64,000 bases of DNA, from positions 166,320 to 230,319 of the forward strand of contig JAJDCB010000026.1 of NCBI GenBank assembly GCA_029261065.1, written 5' to 3'. This document shows positions 8,272 to 18,166 of this stretch, one piece after another. Position 1 is the stretch's first letter, and each line of letters opens with the position of its first letter. Under the pieces are notes generated by a model that did not search any database, was not told where the DNA came from, and saw nothing but the letters and a program-made list of their open reading frames with translations. The position numbers and the translations under genes were made by a program. Origin of the DNA: Candidatus Omnitrophota bacterium. GTDB lineage: Bacteria; Omnitrophota; Gorgyraeia; Zapsychrales; Zapsychraceae.

Positions 8272-9641
8272 AAGATACGATTGTGGCCATCTCAACACCG
8301 TCAGGACAGGGTGGAATTGGGATTGTGCGTTTAAGTGGTGGGGAGGCTGTTTCCGTTTGTGAAAAGATGTTTAAGGGAAAGAAAGGTAAGCCTGTTTCAC
8401 AACTAAAGAGCCATACGGTCCATTACGGTTGGATTCAAAGTGGTGATGAGGTCGTTGATGAGGTGCTCTTAACCATTATGCGAGCACCCAAAAGTTATAC
8501 CAAAGAAGATGTGATCGAAATCAGTTGTCATGGCGGGATGGTTTCCCTGCGTGCTATTTTGCAACTAGCGATTTCTCACGGCGCGCGCATGGCGCAACCA
8601 GGCGAGTTTACCAAACGCGCATTTCTCAATGGTCGTATTGATTTAGCCCAGGCCGAAGCTGTTCTAGATATTATTCATTCAAAGACGGAACATTTTTTGA
8701 AAGTGAGCACTCATCAACTGAAGGGTGAGCTGTCCACGGAATTGGAATCTATTCGTGAAGAATTGTTAAAGAGTTATGTGGAAATCGAAGCCATCGTTAA
8801 TTTCCCCGAAGATGATATTGATGCGAGTCAACGTGAGAAAATAATTGAGAAGATAGATGTCCAAAAGCAAAGAGTTGAGAAGCTATTAGCCTCAAGTCAG
8901 CACGGACGGATTCTTAAAGAGGGGATCAAAATTGTTTTAGCAGGTCGTCCAAATGTTGGAAAATCATCACTACTAAATGTTTTGTTAAAAACACCTCGCG
9001 CCATTGTCTCAGACATCGCCGGCACCACGCGTGATACGATAGAGGAGCTAGCCCAAATTCAAGGCATCCCTTTTCAACTTGTTGATACCGCTGGTATTTT
9101 AGAGCCAAGAGATCTTATCGAAGAAGAAGCGGTTAAGCGCAGTCATATGTATATTCAAGGGGCTGATCTTGTATTGTTTGTGCTAGATGCAAGTAGCTCG
9201 GTACAACAAGAAGATCAAATGCTTATGGAACGCGTGAAAGATCATAACGCCTTGGTTGTGTTTAATAAATCAGATCTTAAAAGTCAGATGACTCAAGCGG
9301 ACATTAAGAAATATTTACCAAATAAGAAAATGGTCAAAGTGTCTGCTCTAAAAAATGAAGGGTTTGAGCAGCTAGAGTCCGAGATTCTTGAAGCCGTATG
9401 GCATGACAAACATATCGACACGCATGGCATCATGATAAGCAACGAAAGACACATTCAATCTTTAAGACAAGTTCAATCCATATTAGAAAAATCTCAACGC
9501 ATTTTTCAAGAAGGCATCTCTCTAGAGTTTGTTTCAGAAGAAATTAAACAAGCGGTTAATTATTTGGATAGCATTACAGGTCGTAATGTCGATGCAGATT
9601 TATTAGATACGATTTTTTCGAAGTTTTGTATTGGAAAGTAA
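8250..9641 (+). CDS. mnmE: tRNA modification GTPase MnmE
   Basis: G-domain GRPNVGKSSL and DTAG motifs. C-terminal CIGK motif. 463 aa. Confidence 0.9.
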   Translation: MYQYQSLEDTIVAISTPSGQGGIGIVRLSGGEAVSVCEKMFKGKKGKPVSQLKSHTVHYGWIQSGDEVVDEVLLTIMRAPKSYTKEDVIEISCHGGMVSLRAILQLAISHGARMAQPGEFTKRAFLNGRIDLAQAEAVLDIIHSKTEHFLKVSTHQLKGELSTELESIREELLKSYVEIEAIVNFPEDDIDASQREKIIEKIDVQKQRVEKLLASSQHGRILKEGIKIVLAGRPNVGKSSLLNVLLKTPRAIVSDIAGTTRDTIEELAQIQGIPFQLVDTAGILEPRDLIEEEAVKRSHMYIQGADLVLFVLDASSSVQQEDQMLMERVKDHNALVVFNKSDLKSQMTQADIKKYLPNKKMVKVSALKNEGFEQLESEILEAVWHDKHIDTHGIMISNERHIQSLRQVQSILEKSQRIFQEGISLEFVSEEIKQAVNYLDSITGRNVDADLLDTIFSKFCIGK

Positions 9642-9644
9642 TTG

Positions 9645-9669
9645 AGAAATAGTAAGTAAGTAGGTTGTA
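9645..9669. repeat. Left arm of a ~25-bp inverted repeat bracketing gene 9691..11019
   Basis: GAGAAATAGTAAGTAAGTAGGTTGTA. Its reverse complement recurs at 11051-11075 (18/19 identity with one indel in the core). Confidence 0.5.
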
Positions 9670-9690
9670 GATAGAGATGTTGAGGTGCAG

Positions 9691-11019
9691 TTAGTTGGCA
9701 CCATCAACTTTTTTAATCAAATCTCCAGTTGTTGGGTCAAATGATAAAGTCGTGCCTTCATGGGTTTTTACATCGAAAGAGTAATCAGAGGAATTGATTG
9801 ATTGAAAACCCATTGAATATTGGATGACTTGATAATGCGAATTCATTATCTCTACATTTTTTTTGTTTTTGTAGGCTAAATCAACAATCTCTATTGTTGA
9901 ATATTCTTTTAACATCTTTCCTTCTCGATAAAACCCTATCGCTAAATCATTTTCGTTAGGATTTTCTCCCTTGCCCCAAGTTCCCACACGGACTAAGTCT
10001 CGTTGGTTTAAGTAAATGTTATATTCATACCAGTCGTATGTGTCGAGCAGAACATCTTTGCCTTTAACAACTTGATAGACAAGAGTGTTTCCTTTTTTGC
10101 GATTTGTTAAGGGTTCATCATCAGTATCTATTTTAAGACTCTTTGTGTAAAAATTTCCAACCGCAGAAGCCTTAATCTGAGGATATGGATCGGGATTTAG
10201 CCACAATTCTTCAGCTGGCAAACAATGTCTTTTTGGACTGATATACCACGCTTTTTCATTAATTAAAAAGCTAGGGTTTTCTATGGATGAATATAAACGT
10301 TCAAAGTCTTCCAGATATTTACCATTTATATACATTAAATAATATTTCTCAAAATCAGGATCTTTTTTTGTGGATGGATGTTTCATGTCAGGCCAATTTT
10401 TCGGCCATGGATTAGGATCTGTTTCATCCATTGGAGTTGCCCAAATAACAAATTGCTCAGGTTGCCAGGATTTAAGGTTATTATGTTTAAAAGACTTGAT
10501 TCGATCATAAACTTTAAGAAATGCACGTGGAGTTTTGCTGCGGTCTTTTTTATTAGAATCGAGCTCACCGAAGACACCAACGACTCTTTCTAATTTTCCA
10601 TTTTTGAAATATGATAGAGTATTTGAAGGTGGATGAAAACGGTTAGAAGTAAAGGTACTGTCTTCAAGATGCATAAATTCATCAGAAAAATTAAATCCAC
10701 CTAAGAACTCTTGCATTTCACGTTGAGTCAGTGTGACGGAATATAAATTAATTAAATCCCCTTTCTTTTTTAGAATAACCAATCCGTCATCATAGAGGAC
10801 AAAAGAAGGGTTACGGTAACCAGTTTTATTGGTTATTGGATACGGAGGGTTATCTGTCAAGTGAGCTGTAATATAAAGCAATGAATATTTTAAGACGATA
10901 AGCGGCTTTCGTTCACTAATTTCTGATTTTTTCTCTGCAAAAAGGGATGCGGGAAGAAGGGAGGTTGATAGGAATCCTGCAAATAATAGCATGATCCATT
11001 TACGCCATAATATTTTCAT
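9691..11019 (-). CDS. Hypothetical secreted protein (~442 aa)
   Basis: Long ORF. Likely start MKILWRKW, with RBS AAGGAG 7 nt upstream. N-terminal signal peptide. No recognisable motif. Confidence 0.5.
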   Translation of the reverse strand: MKILWRKWIMLLFAGFLSTSLLPASLFAEKKSEISERKPLIVLKYSLLYITAHLTDNPPYPITNKTGYRNPSFVLYDDGLVILKKKGDLINLYSVTLTQREMQEFLGGFNFSDEFMHLEDSTFTSNRFHPPSNTLSYFKNGKLERVVGVFGELDSNKKDRSKTPRAFLKVYDRIKSFKHNNLKSWQPEQFVIWATPMDETDPNPWPKNWPDMKHPSTKKDPDFEKYYLMYINGKYLEDFERLYSSIENPSFLINEKAWYISPKRHCLPAEELWLNPDPYPQIKASAVGNFYTKSLKIDTDDEPLTNRKKGNTLVYQVVKGKDVLLDTYDWYEYNIYLNQRDLVRVGTWGKGENPNENDLAIGFYREGKMLKEYSTIEIVDLAYKNKKNVEIMNSHYQVIQYSMGFQSINSSDYSFDVKTHEGTTLSFDPTTGDLIKKVDGAN

Positions 11020-11050
11020 AAATCTCCTTATTATTTTTCTACCTACAACA

Positions 11051-11075
11051 TACAACCTACTACTTACTTTATCTC
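11051..11075. repeat. Right arm of the inverted repeat bracketing gene 9691..11019
   Basis: TACAACCTACTACTTACTTTATCTC is the reverse complement of the 9645-9669 arm. Confidence 0.5.
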
Positions 11076-11834
11076 AACAATCTTCGGCTTCGAGGCTTCT
11101 TCTTCCCTTCGCGCTTTATTATTCTCAACCCCTGTTTTAAAAATCTCTTTATTTAATAACATCAATTGTTTTAACATTTCTTGATCTTTCATAATGGATT
11201 TGAAATTTTCATTTTTAAGTAAACTCACAAAATCTTTTTCTTGGATTTGTCTGTTGGTTTCAGGATCACTGGCCAATTCCTGCATCGCTTTGTTTGTTAG
11301 AAGGGCTTTAAATTCATCCTTTTTTTCAAGCTTTTCTCTAAAATCAGGATTGTTTATAACTTGAGCGATGTTTTGAAATTCATCTAGACTTGTTGGAATT
11401 GAATTTTGAGTGAGATTATTTATAATAGTAAAGCTGTGGGATACTAATACATTTAGTTTTAATTTTTGAAAGGCATCTGACTCAATGGGGGCAATTACGA
11501 CGAGGATTAATAAAAGAGCGACAATAGTTCCGCTCCATAAAATACTCATACATCCACCCAAAAAACGACTAAAGGAAAAGCTACTTGTTTCTTCTTTTTT
11601 GTCTGCTTTGAGTATGGATTTAACAATGACAGAACCACAGAGTTTGATGGCAAACGGAACAGAGATTCCAATGAGAAGGGTCATGCCTAGGTTTTGTGTT
11701 TGGGTATAATATTGGAAACTAATGATAGATCCGATAACAAGTGCAATTGGACCTAAAATCATAAGGAACAGACCTTTTTGCCAGCCATGAATAAAAAAGA
11801 TGATGAAAAGTACTATGATAAAAGAATCGATCAT
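11064..11834 (-). CDS. CvpA-family membrane protein with a C-terminal soluble extension
   Basis: N-terminus MIDSFIIVLFIIFFIHGWQKG with about 4 TM helices, typical of colicin V production protein CvpA. Charged, coiled-coil-like C-terminal half. Confidence 0.4.
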   Translation of the reverse strand: MIDSFIIVLFIIFFIHGWQKGLFLMILGPIALVIGSIISFQYYTQTQNLGMTLLIGISVPFAIKLCGSVIVKSILKADKKEETSSFSFSRFLGGCMSILWSGTIVALLLILVVIAPIESDAFQKLKLNVLVSHSFTIINNLTQNSIPTSLDEFQNIAQVINNPDFREKLEKKDEFKALLTNKAMQELASDPETNRQIQEKDFVSLLKNENFKSIMKDQEMLKQLMLLNKEIFKTGVENNKARREEEASKPKIVEIK

Positions 11835-12101
11835 TGTTTTGTGATGTGTGTGTTGGGTTTACGTTAAAATATTAGTATATCATGAGATTTTTTTTGTTCA
11901 ATGATTGAACTAATAGGGTATGATTTTAAAAAAATATTTTAATTATTTTCATTCCAGAGGTTGTAATATAGCAAATAATAAAGTATATTTACAGTAGATA
12001 AGAAAGCGGTTTCATTTATTGGAAATATTAGTTGCTAATTCATCTCTACGTAATACAATACATTTGAAATTTCGTTCTAACCCATTTAAATATAGAAGCT
12101 A

Positions 12102-12431
12102 ATGAAAAATAACGATAATAAAAGAAAAATCCCTCGCCAGGGCTGCCGTGTTCCGGTAGAAGGTAAAAAAGATAGCCTTTTTGAGTCACTTGAAACAGTT
12201 GATATTAGTAAAAACGGTTTAGGCTTTATCTCAACCCATCGTATTCCTGTTAACAAAAAAATTCCTATAGAAATTAACCTATCTGAGGATGAAGATCCGG
12301 TTTTAGTGGTGGGTAAAGTGGAATGGAATCGGGTTATAAAAGGAACCGATAATTACCGTATCGGAGTCTCTTTTGATAGTATTATGAGAGGCTCAAAGTC
12401 ACGTCTTTTGCAATATTTTAAGTCCTTATAG
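12102..12431 (+). CDS. Single-domain PilZ c-di-GMP receptor
   Basis: RxxxR motif (RQGCR) and DxSxxG motif (DISKNG). 109 aa. Confidence 0.65.
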   Translation: MKNNDNKRKIPRQGCRVPVEGKKDSLFESLETVDISKNGLGFISTHRIPVNKKIPIEINLSEDEDPVLVVGKVEWNRVIKGTDNYRIGVSFDSIMRGSKSRLLQYFKSL

Positions 12432-12472
12432 GTATTATCAAAACATAAAGTCACTATTGAGGAAAAGTACCC

Positions 12473-12811
12473 TTGTTATCTCAAATACAAGATGATCGGC
12501 GTATGTTTGCTCGTTTTTCTGCGCGTTTTCCAGCGAAGTTTAAAGATGCCCGTGCAGATTATGGATCGGTTATCGGTCTAAGAGATGCCTCAGCTGGGGG
12601 GGTTAAAATTTTCTCCAGAGAGCGTCTCTATCTTAATGATACTGTCACTATTGAGGTTAGGTTGCCTGATACACAGGCTCCGCTCAATATCAAAGGACAG
12701 GTCGTTTGGTCTAAGAAAAACGAACCTAGTTTATGGGAATTTGGTTTGCAGTGCCACACCATTAGTTTGGTCAGTATGTCACGGCTTTATAAATTCGTAG
12801 TTGATAATTAG
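12473..12811 (+). CDS. Single-domain PilZ c-di-GMP receptor (second, tandem)
   Basis: RxxxR motif (RRMFAR) and DxSxGG motif (DASAGG). 112 aa. Confidence 0.65.
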   Translation: MLSQIQDDRRMFARFSARFPAKFKDARADYGSVIGLRDASAGGVKIFSRERLYLNDTVTIEVRLPDTQAPLNIKGQVVWSKKNEPSLWEFGLQCHTISLVSMSRLYKFVVDN

Positions 12812-12922
12812 TTTTTTAAGCCTCTCACCCTTAAAGATCTTGACCCATTCCCCCACATATGTTACATTTCAATATCTTACAAATTGTTGTTAAACTAACA
12901 GTTAGAGAGCTTTTTAAAAATT

Positions 12923-15643
12923 ATGGTTATTAAGCCCAAACTCTATCAATATTTCTCTGATGCAGCTTCCTTTAAATCAAGTGAAGCGATGAGCGATAGA
13001 ATGCTTTATTTTCCCTTGTGTGGGGCAAATAATGATTCTATCAAATCCTCAATTACGCCTTTTTTAAGCGGTGATATCAAGATCGATAAAAATCGTTATT
13101 TAACGAAACCATTTTCCAGAGAAGATTTACGGAGTGTTTCTCGTAATTTTTATCTTAGGAGTCATGATAATGTCATTTCTTTTGCAGATAAAATATCCAA
13201 TGAGCATTCAACAGTTGAAGCAGGGTTTCTTTGGCATAAGGTAACCAAGACTTTTCCTAAAAAAGGACTAGAGCTTCAAGCTTTGAACTTTGTTCCTGTT
13301 TCAGGTGAAAATGTTGAGCTTATGAAGATTACCTGCAAAAACGTTTCTTCAAAAAACATCTCGTTTACACCAACAGGATGTGTCCCAATGTTTGCCCGCG
13401 CCCTTTCCAATAAACATGACCACGAACATGTCACAGCATTACTACAAACTATTACTCAAACAAAACAGGGTGTTATTGTTGAGCCGACGATGTTATTTAA
13501 TGAGGAAGGTCATAAAGACGTTCAAACGACTTATTTTGTTTTTGGATTTGAGGATAGCGGTAACGCTATTAAAGGTACGTTTCCTACGATGGCTTGTTTT
13601 TGTGGTGATGCTGGAACTCTTCGGGAACCGCAGGCAGTCTGTGAGAATTTGGATCCCAAAGGGCTAACAGAGAAAGAATTAAACGGAGAAGAGGCGATTG
13701 GGGCTATACGTTTTGAAGATGTTGAACTTAAAGCCGGCGATTTGAAAGAATATTATATTGTTATGGGAATAGCAGAAAACAATAAAAGTGTGTTTGATAT
13801 TTTCTCGGCTTTTGATACGGGACCTAAATTTGAGCAAGCCTTAACCGAGAATAAAAAATATTGGCAAGCTAAGATTCATTCCATTGAGTTTAATACGGGT
13901 TCGACCGATTTTAATGCCTGGATGAAGTGGGTCACCTTACAGCCTGTTTTGCGTCGCATTTTTGGGTGTTCTTTTTTGCCAGATCATGATTATGGAAAAG
14001 GGGGGCGTGGTTGGAGAGATATTTGGCAGGATTTATTATCGCTTATTCTTATCGAACCGGAAAATGTCAGAGAGCATTTATTGAATAATTTTGCTGGTGT
14101 TCGCATTGATGGTTCTAACGCAACAATCATCGGTGATAAACCAGGTGAGTTTTTGGCCGATCGTAATGCGATTACACGGGTATGGATGGATCACGGCGTC
14201 TGGCCGTTTATGACATTGTTACTTTATATAAATCAAACAGGAGATTTTGATATTCTGTTTGAGGACAGTTTCTATTTCAAAGATCCGCAAATATCACGAA
14301 CCTTTCATAAAGATCTTCAATGGCACCCCAAGGATGGTAAAGAGTTAAAGGATGTGAACGGAAATGTTTACCAAGGTTCTATTTTAGAACATATTCTTGT
14401 TCAGCATTTGGTTCAATTTTTTAATGTGGGCGAACACAATATGATTCGATTAGAAAATGCTGATTGGAACGATGGCTTGGATATGGCTTTTGACCGCGGG
14501 GAAAGTGTTAGCTTTACATCCTTTTATGCTGGAAACTTAATGGCCTTAGCAGATCTTTTGGAACGCGTATCTAGCACAATACAGATTCATGATATTTCTG
14601 TGGCTCAAGAATTATTAAAGTTATTAGATGGGTTAGGAAAAAATAAAGTTGATTACAATAATGCAGATGCCAAACGCAAACATTTATTTGATGTTTATTT
14701 TCCTTCCGTTCAACCCAACGTTAGCGGAGAGAAGACAACGATTGCTATTAAAGATGTGGTTTTAGATTTACGAGCGAAGGGAGAATCGTTAAAAGTATGT
14801 ATTCGATCTCAAGAAAAGATAGTTGTTGATGATAAATCAAATCAGTTTCAGTGGTTTAATGGGTATTACGATAACAAGGGCAACCGTGTTGAAGGCAAAA
14901 AAGATGACACGGTTTGGATGACTCTTACGGGTGCCGTTTTTCCGATTATGTGTGATGTAGCTGAAGATGCTGATGTAGAAAACATTGTTAAATCTGTTAA
15001 TCATTTTTTGAAAGATCAAGAGCTGGGTGGTTATCGTCTTAATACGAATTTTGGTAAGCGTAATTATTTAGACTTAGGGCGAGCTTTTGGATTTGCCTTT
15101 GGGACAAAAGAAAATGGAGCCTTCTTTAGCCATATGATAGTGATGTATGCTTATGCCCTTTACACAAGAGGTTTTGTTCGCGAAGGTTATGAGGTGTTGC
15201 ATTCGATTTATCAGATGTGTATGAATACGGATAAAAGTAAAATTTACCCAGGAGTACCAGAGTACTGTGATGCACAAGGTCAAGGCATGTATCATTATCT
15301 AACGGGGTCCGCTAGTTGGCTTGTATTAACACAATTGACTCAAGTATTTGGTGTCAGAGGTGAGGGTGGCGATTTGGTTATTAGTCCTAAGCTTGTAAAA
15401 GAAGAGTTTTCACATGAAGGTAAGGCTTCTGTTGAAAGTTATTTTGCTGGAAAGAGAATAAAGGTCGTTTATCACAATGAACAGAAATTAGATTATGGAT
15501 CGTACACCATAAAAGGTGTTTCGTTTAAAGATTTTGAGGGTTCTGTTGAATTTTCACAAACGCATCCCGCCCAAATTAAGCTCTCAAGAGCCCCTATCCA
15601 ACAGGCCCCTTCTGGCCTTGAAATTCAGATTCAACTAGGTTGA
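12923..15643 (+). CDS. GH94-like glycoside phosphorylase (cellobiose/cellodextrin/chitobiose/beta-1,2-glucan phosphorylase superfamily)
   Basis: 906 aa. RGWRD (Arg...Asp at i, i+4) and DWNDGLD (Trp-x-Asp) are spaced ~150 aa apart. This mirrors the R351/D355 and W488/D490 catalytic-site residues of cellobiose phosphorylase. Family-level call only. Confidence 0.45.
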   Translation: MVIKPKLYQYFSDAASFKSSEAMSDRMLYFPLCGANNDSIKSSITPFLSGDIKIDKNRYLTKPFSREDLRSVSRNFYLRSHDNVISFADKISNEHSTVEAGFLWHKVTKTFPKKGLELQALNFVPVSGENVELMKITCKNVSSKNISFTPTGCVPMFARALSNKHDHEHVTALLQTITQTKQGVIVEPTMLFNEEGHKDVQTTYFVFGFEDSGNAIKGTFPTMACFCGDAGTLREPQAVCENLDPKGLTEKELNGEEAIGAIRFEDVELKAGDLKEYYIVMGIAENNKSVFDIFSAFDTGPKFEQALTENKKYWQAKIHSIEFNTGSTDFNAWMKWVTLQPVLRRIFGCSFLPDHDYGKGGRGWRDIWQDLLSLILIEPENVREHLLNNFAGVRIDGSNATIIGDKPGEFLADRNAITRVWMDHGVWPFMTLLLYINQTGDFDILFEDSFYFKDPQISRTFHKDLQWHPKDGKELKDVNGNVYQGSILEHILVQHLVQFFNVGEHNMIRLENADWNDGLDMAFDRGESVSFTSFYAGNLMALADLLERVSSTIQIHDISVAQELLKLLDGLGKNKVDYNNADAKRKHLFDVYFPSVQPNVSGEKTTIAIKDVVLDLRAKGESLKVCIRSQEKIVVDDKSNQFQWFNGYYDNKGNRVEGKKDDTVWMTLTGAVFPIMCDVAEDADVENIVKSVNHFLKDQELGGYRLNTNFGKRNYLDLGRAFGFAFGTKENGAFFSHMIVMYAYALYTRGFVREGYEVLHSIYQMCMNTDKSKIYPGVPEYCDAQGQGMYHYLTGSASWLVLTQLTQVFGVRGEGGDLVISPKLVKEEFSHEGKASVESYFAGKRIKVVYHNEQKLDYGSYTIKGVSFKDFEGSVEFSQTHPAQIKLSRAPIQQAPSGLEIQIQLG

Positions 15644-15662
15644 AAAATCCCAACACTTCATT

Positions 15663-15691
15663 TTGACAAATAGTCAACTGCATGATATACT
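15663..15691 (+). promoter_or_regulatory. Sigma-70-like promoter for the sugar ABC transporter operon
   Basis: TTGACA-17 nt-TATACT, about 130 nt upstream of the solute-binding protein gene. Confidence 0.4.
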
Positions 15692-15822
15692 CATGGTTCA
15701 AATTTTGAAATTAGTACGTAACATGTTCATTTTAAACCGTTTTTGATTCTTTTAGAAAAGACTTAAAGTTTTTTTATTAAGTATGAATATTAGGAAAACA
15801 TGATTTAAGTAGAGAGGTTAAT

Positions 15823-17130
15823 ATGAAGAAGCTACTCAAGGGATTTTTAATTTGTTCATTTTTAGTCTTAATCGGTAGTGGTCTGAGTTGTTCGGGAAAA
15901 GCGGCGGATCCCAACACCGTCACTCTTTGGCACTGGATGAACGATCGTCATGCCGCCATTGAAGAGTTAGCCTCACGTTACGAAGAACAAACAGGTATTA
16001 AAGTTAAAGTTGAATTGTTCGCCCCGCCAGATGCTTATACACAAAGAATCATTGCCTCCGCCCAATCAAGAGTCCTTCCCGACATATACGGAATCCTAGA
16101 TAAAAAAGAAATATTTGCCTCCTTTATTGAAAATGGTTTTGTTGCCAATTTAACGGAGGAGTTTGCCAAAGATAATAATGCTTGGGAAAAATCTTTGTTT
16201 GCCAAGGCCGTTGATGTGAATCGTTTTAAACCTAATAATCCTCAAAATATTGAACCAGGAATTTATGGTGTTCCAATTGATGTAACCAATATTCAAATGC
16301 TTTATAACAAAAAGCTTTTAGAAAAAGCAGGAATCAAAACACCACCAAAAACGTTTGATGAGTTTCTTGCAGCCGGTGAAGCTTTAAAAAGAGTGGGTAT
16401 AACAGGATTTGTTGCTGGTTGGGGTGAGTTATGGATGGCGGATTGTTTTGCTTCTAATTATGCGTTTAATATTATGGGTGAAGATAAGATTATGGCAACT
16501 TATAGGGGAGAGGTTCCTTATACAGACCCTGATTGGGTTAAGGTTTTTGGGGTTTTTAAAACACTTAGTGATAAAGGGATTTTAATTGAAGGTATTGTCA
16601 CAAAACCAAATAAAGATGCCGAACAAGACTTTGCCTTACAAAGGGCCGCCTTTTCTTTTAATGGTTCATGGTGCGTGAATGTTTATCACAATATGAATCC
16701 GGATTTAGATTATGGTGCTATGTTACCTCCTGCGATGAATTCAAAATTTCCTTTAAAGATTTGGGGAGGGGGAGGTTCATCCTTTGTTGTTAATAATCAT
16801 ACGCCTAATAAAGAGAAGGCTATTGCGTTTTTAAAATGGTTAACGGGTCATGAGCAACAAGCCTATCTTTCAGAATCAACAAAGAATTTGCCAGCTAACC
16901 GAGAAGCGTTGTCTTCTATTCCAAAAATATTATCTCAATTTGCATCGGCCATGGATGATACAACTCATCCAACGATTTGGAAGTTTAATGAATTGCCTCT
17001 AGTTGTTGAAAACTTTGATAAAGGGATTCAATCTATTATCATTGGAGAGAAAACTCCAGAACAGGTTGCTGCAGAGGTTCAGGCTGTTAAGGAAAGAGAA
17101 ATAGAAAAAGCTAAAAAGCGAAAAAGGTAA
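15823..17130 (+). CDS. Sugar ABC transporter solute-binding lipoprotein (family 1)
   Basis: Signal peptide with lipobox (LSCSG). 435 aa. Typical SBP_bac_1 length. Followed by two permease genes. Confidence 0.7.
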   Translation: MKKLLKGFLICSFLVLIGSGLSCSGKAADPNTVTLWHWMNDRHAAIEELASRYEEQTGIKVKVELFAPPDAYTQRIIASAQSRVLPDIYGILDKKEIFASFIENGFVANLTEEFAKDNNAWEKSLFAKAVDVNRFKPNNPQNIEPGIYGVPIDVTNIQMLYNKKLLEKAGIKTPPKTFDEFLAAGEALKRVGITGFVAGWGELWMADCFASNYAFNIMGEDKIMATYRGEVPYTDPDWVKVFGVFKTLSDKGILIEGIVTKPNKDAEQDFALQRAAFSFNGSWCVNVYHNMNPDLDYGAMLPPAMNSKFPLKIWGGGGSSFVVNNHTPNKEKAIAFLKWLTGHEQQAYLSESTKNLPANREALSSIPKILSQFASAMDDTTHPTIWKFNELPLVVENFDKGIQSIIIGEKTPEQVAAEVQAVKEREIEKAKKRKR

Positions 17131-17142
17131 GCCATAGGCGCC

Positions 17143-18111
17143 TTGAATGAAGATGGTTTTAAGGCGCAACAACAAAACTTTATTATGTCTACTCCGTCAG
17201 CAAAACAAGTCAGTTTCAACAAACTCAAAAACAACGCACAGAACTTTTCTTTTATCCTTCCCGCTGTCCTTATTTTTGCCACTTTTTATATTTATCCTTT
17301 CTACGACATCTTTAAATTATCAATGCATTCCTGGAACGGAATAAATCTTCATAAAACACCTGTTGGATTAGATAATTTCTTTGAGTTAATGACCGATGGC
17401 ATTTGGTGGAAGTCTGTTTGGAATGCAACCTACATTACATTGATTGCATTAACTTTTCAGAATTTATTAGCTTTTGGTTTAGCGTTAGCATGTGATCGTG
17501 AAATTAGGATGAAGAATTTTTATCGTGTTGTGTTTTTTATTCCCCCTGTTTTATCGGAGGTTGTCGTTGGATTAGTTTGGAAGTGGATTTTAAACCCTTC
17601 TGTTCAAGATGGCCAACACATTGGATTACTAAACTATTTTTTTGATAAAATCGGCTTACATCATTTGGTTCATAACTGGCTTTCCGACCCGAATACAGCC
17701 TTAACATGTATTGCTGTTGTTCATAGTTGGAAAGGATTTGGTTGGGGCTTTATAATGTTACTAGCGGGGCTTCAGACGATTGATCGTCAACTTTATGAGG
17801 CAGCAAAAGTTGATGGTGCAGGGTTTTGGAAAACTTTGACAAATGTCACTATTCCAATGATGATGCCTGTAATTTTAGTGGTTATTATTTTAACGGTATT
17901 AGGTTCGATGCAAGCATTTGTACTAGTGTTATCCATGGTGGGCCAAGGTTTGGTTTATCATACAGAAGTTCCTGTAACGAGGATTTTATCAGCCATGACG
18001 GGAACGAATCGCTTTGGATATGCTTGTTCTATGGGCGTTGTCTTTGGCGCCCTTTTGATTATGGTTTCCTTGGCGTTTAAATTTGTTTCAGATAAGGTAA
18101 AGCAGGCTTAA
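17143..18111 (+). CDS. Sugar ABC transporter permease (MalF/UgpA-like)
   Basis: Six TM helices. EAA motif EAAKVDGAGFWKTLTNVTIP. The true start may be the internal MSTPSAK. Confidence 0.75.
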   Translation: MNEDGFKAQQQNFIMSTPSAKQVSFNKLKNNAQNFSFILPAVLIFATFYIYPFYDIFKLSMHSWNGINLHKTPVGLDNFFELMTDGIWWKSVWNATYITLIALTFQNLLAFGLALACDREIRMKNFYRVVFFIPPVLSEVVVGLVWKWILNPSVQDGQHIGLLNYFFDKIGLHHLVHNWLSDPNTALTCIAVVHSWKGFGWGFIMLLAGLQTIDRQLYEAAKVDGAGFWKTLTNVTIPMMMPVILVVIILTVLGSMQAFVLVLSMVGQGLVYHTEVPVTRILSAMTGTNRFGYACSMGVVFGALLIMVSLAFKFVSDKVKQA

Positions 18112-18125
18112 GAAGATTATTTTGA

Positions 18126-18147
18126 GGTCCCCGCTTTCGCGGGGATC
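18126..18147. repeat. REP-like GC-rich hairpin (variant CCCCGC-TTTC-GCGGGG)
   Basis: GGTCCCCGCTTTCGCGGGGATC sits between the two permease genes. It belongs to the TCCCGC-N4-GCGGGA family. Confidence 0.55.
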
Positions 18148-18166
18148 AATTAAGAGTGTTATTATT

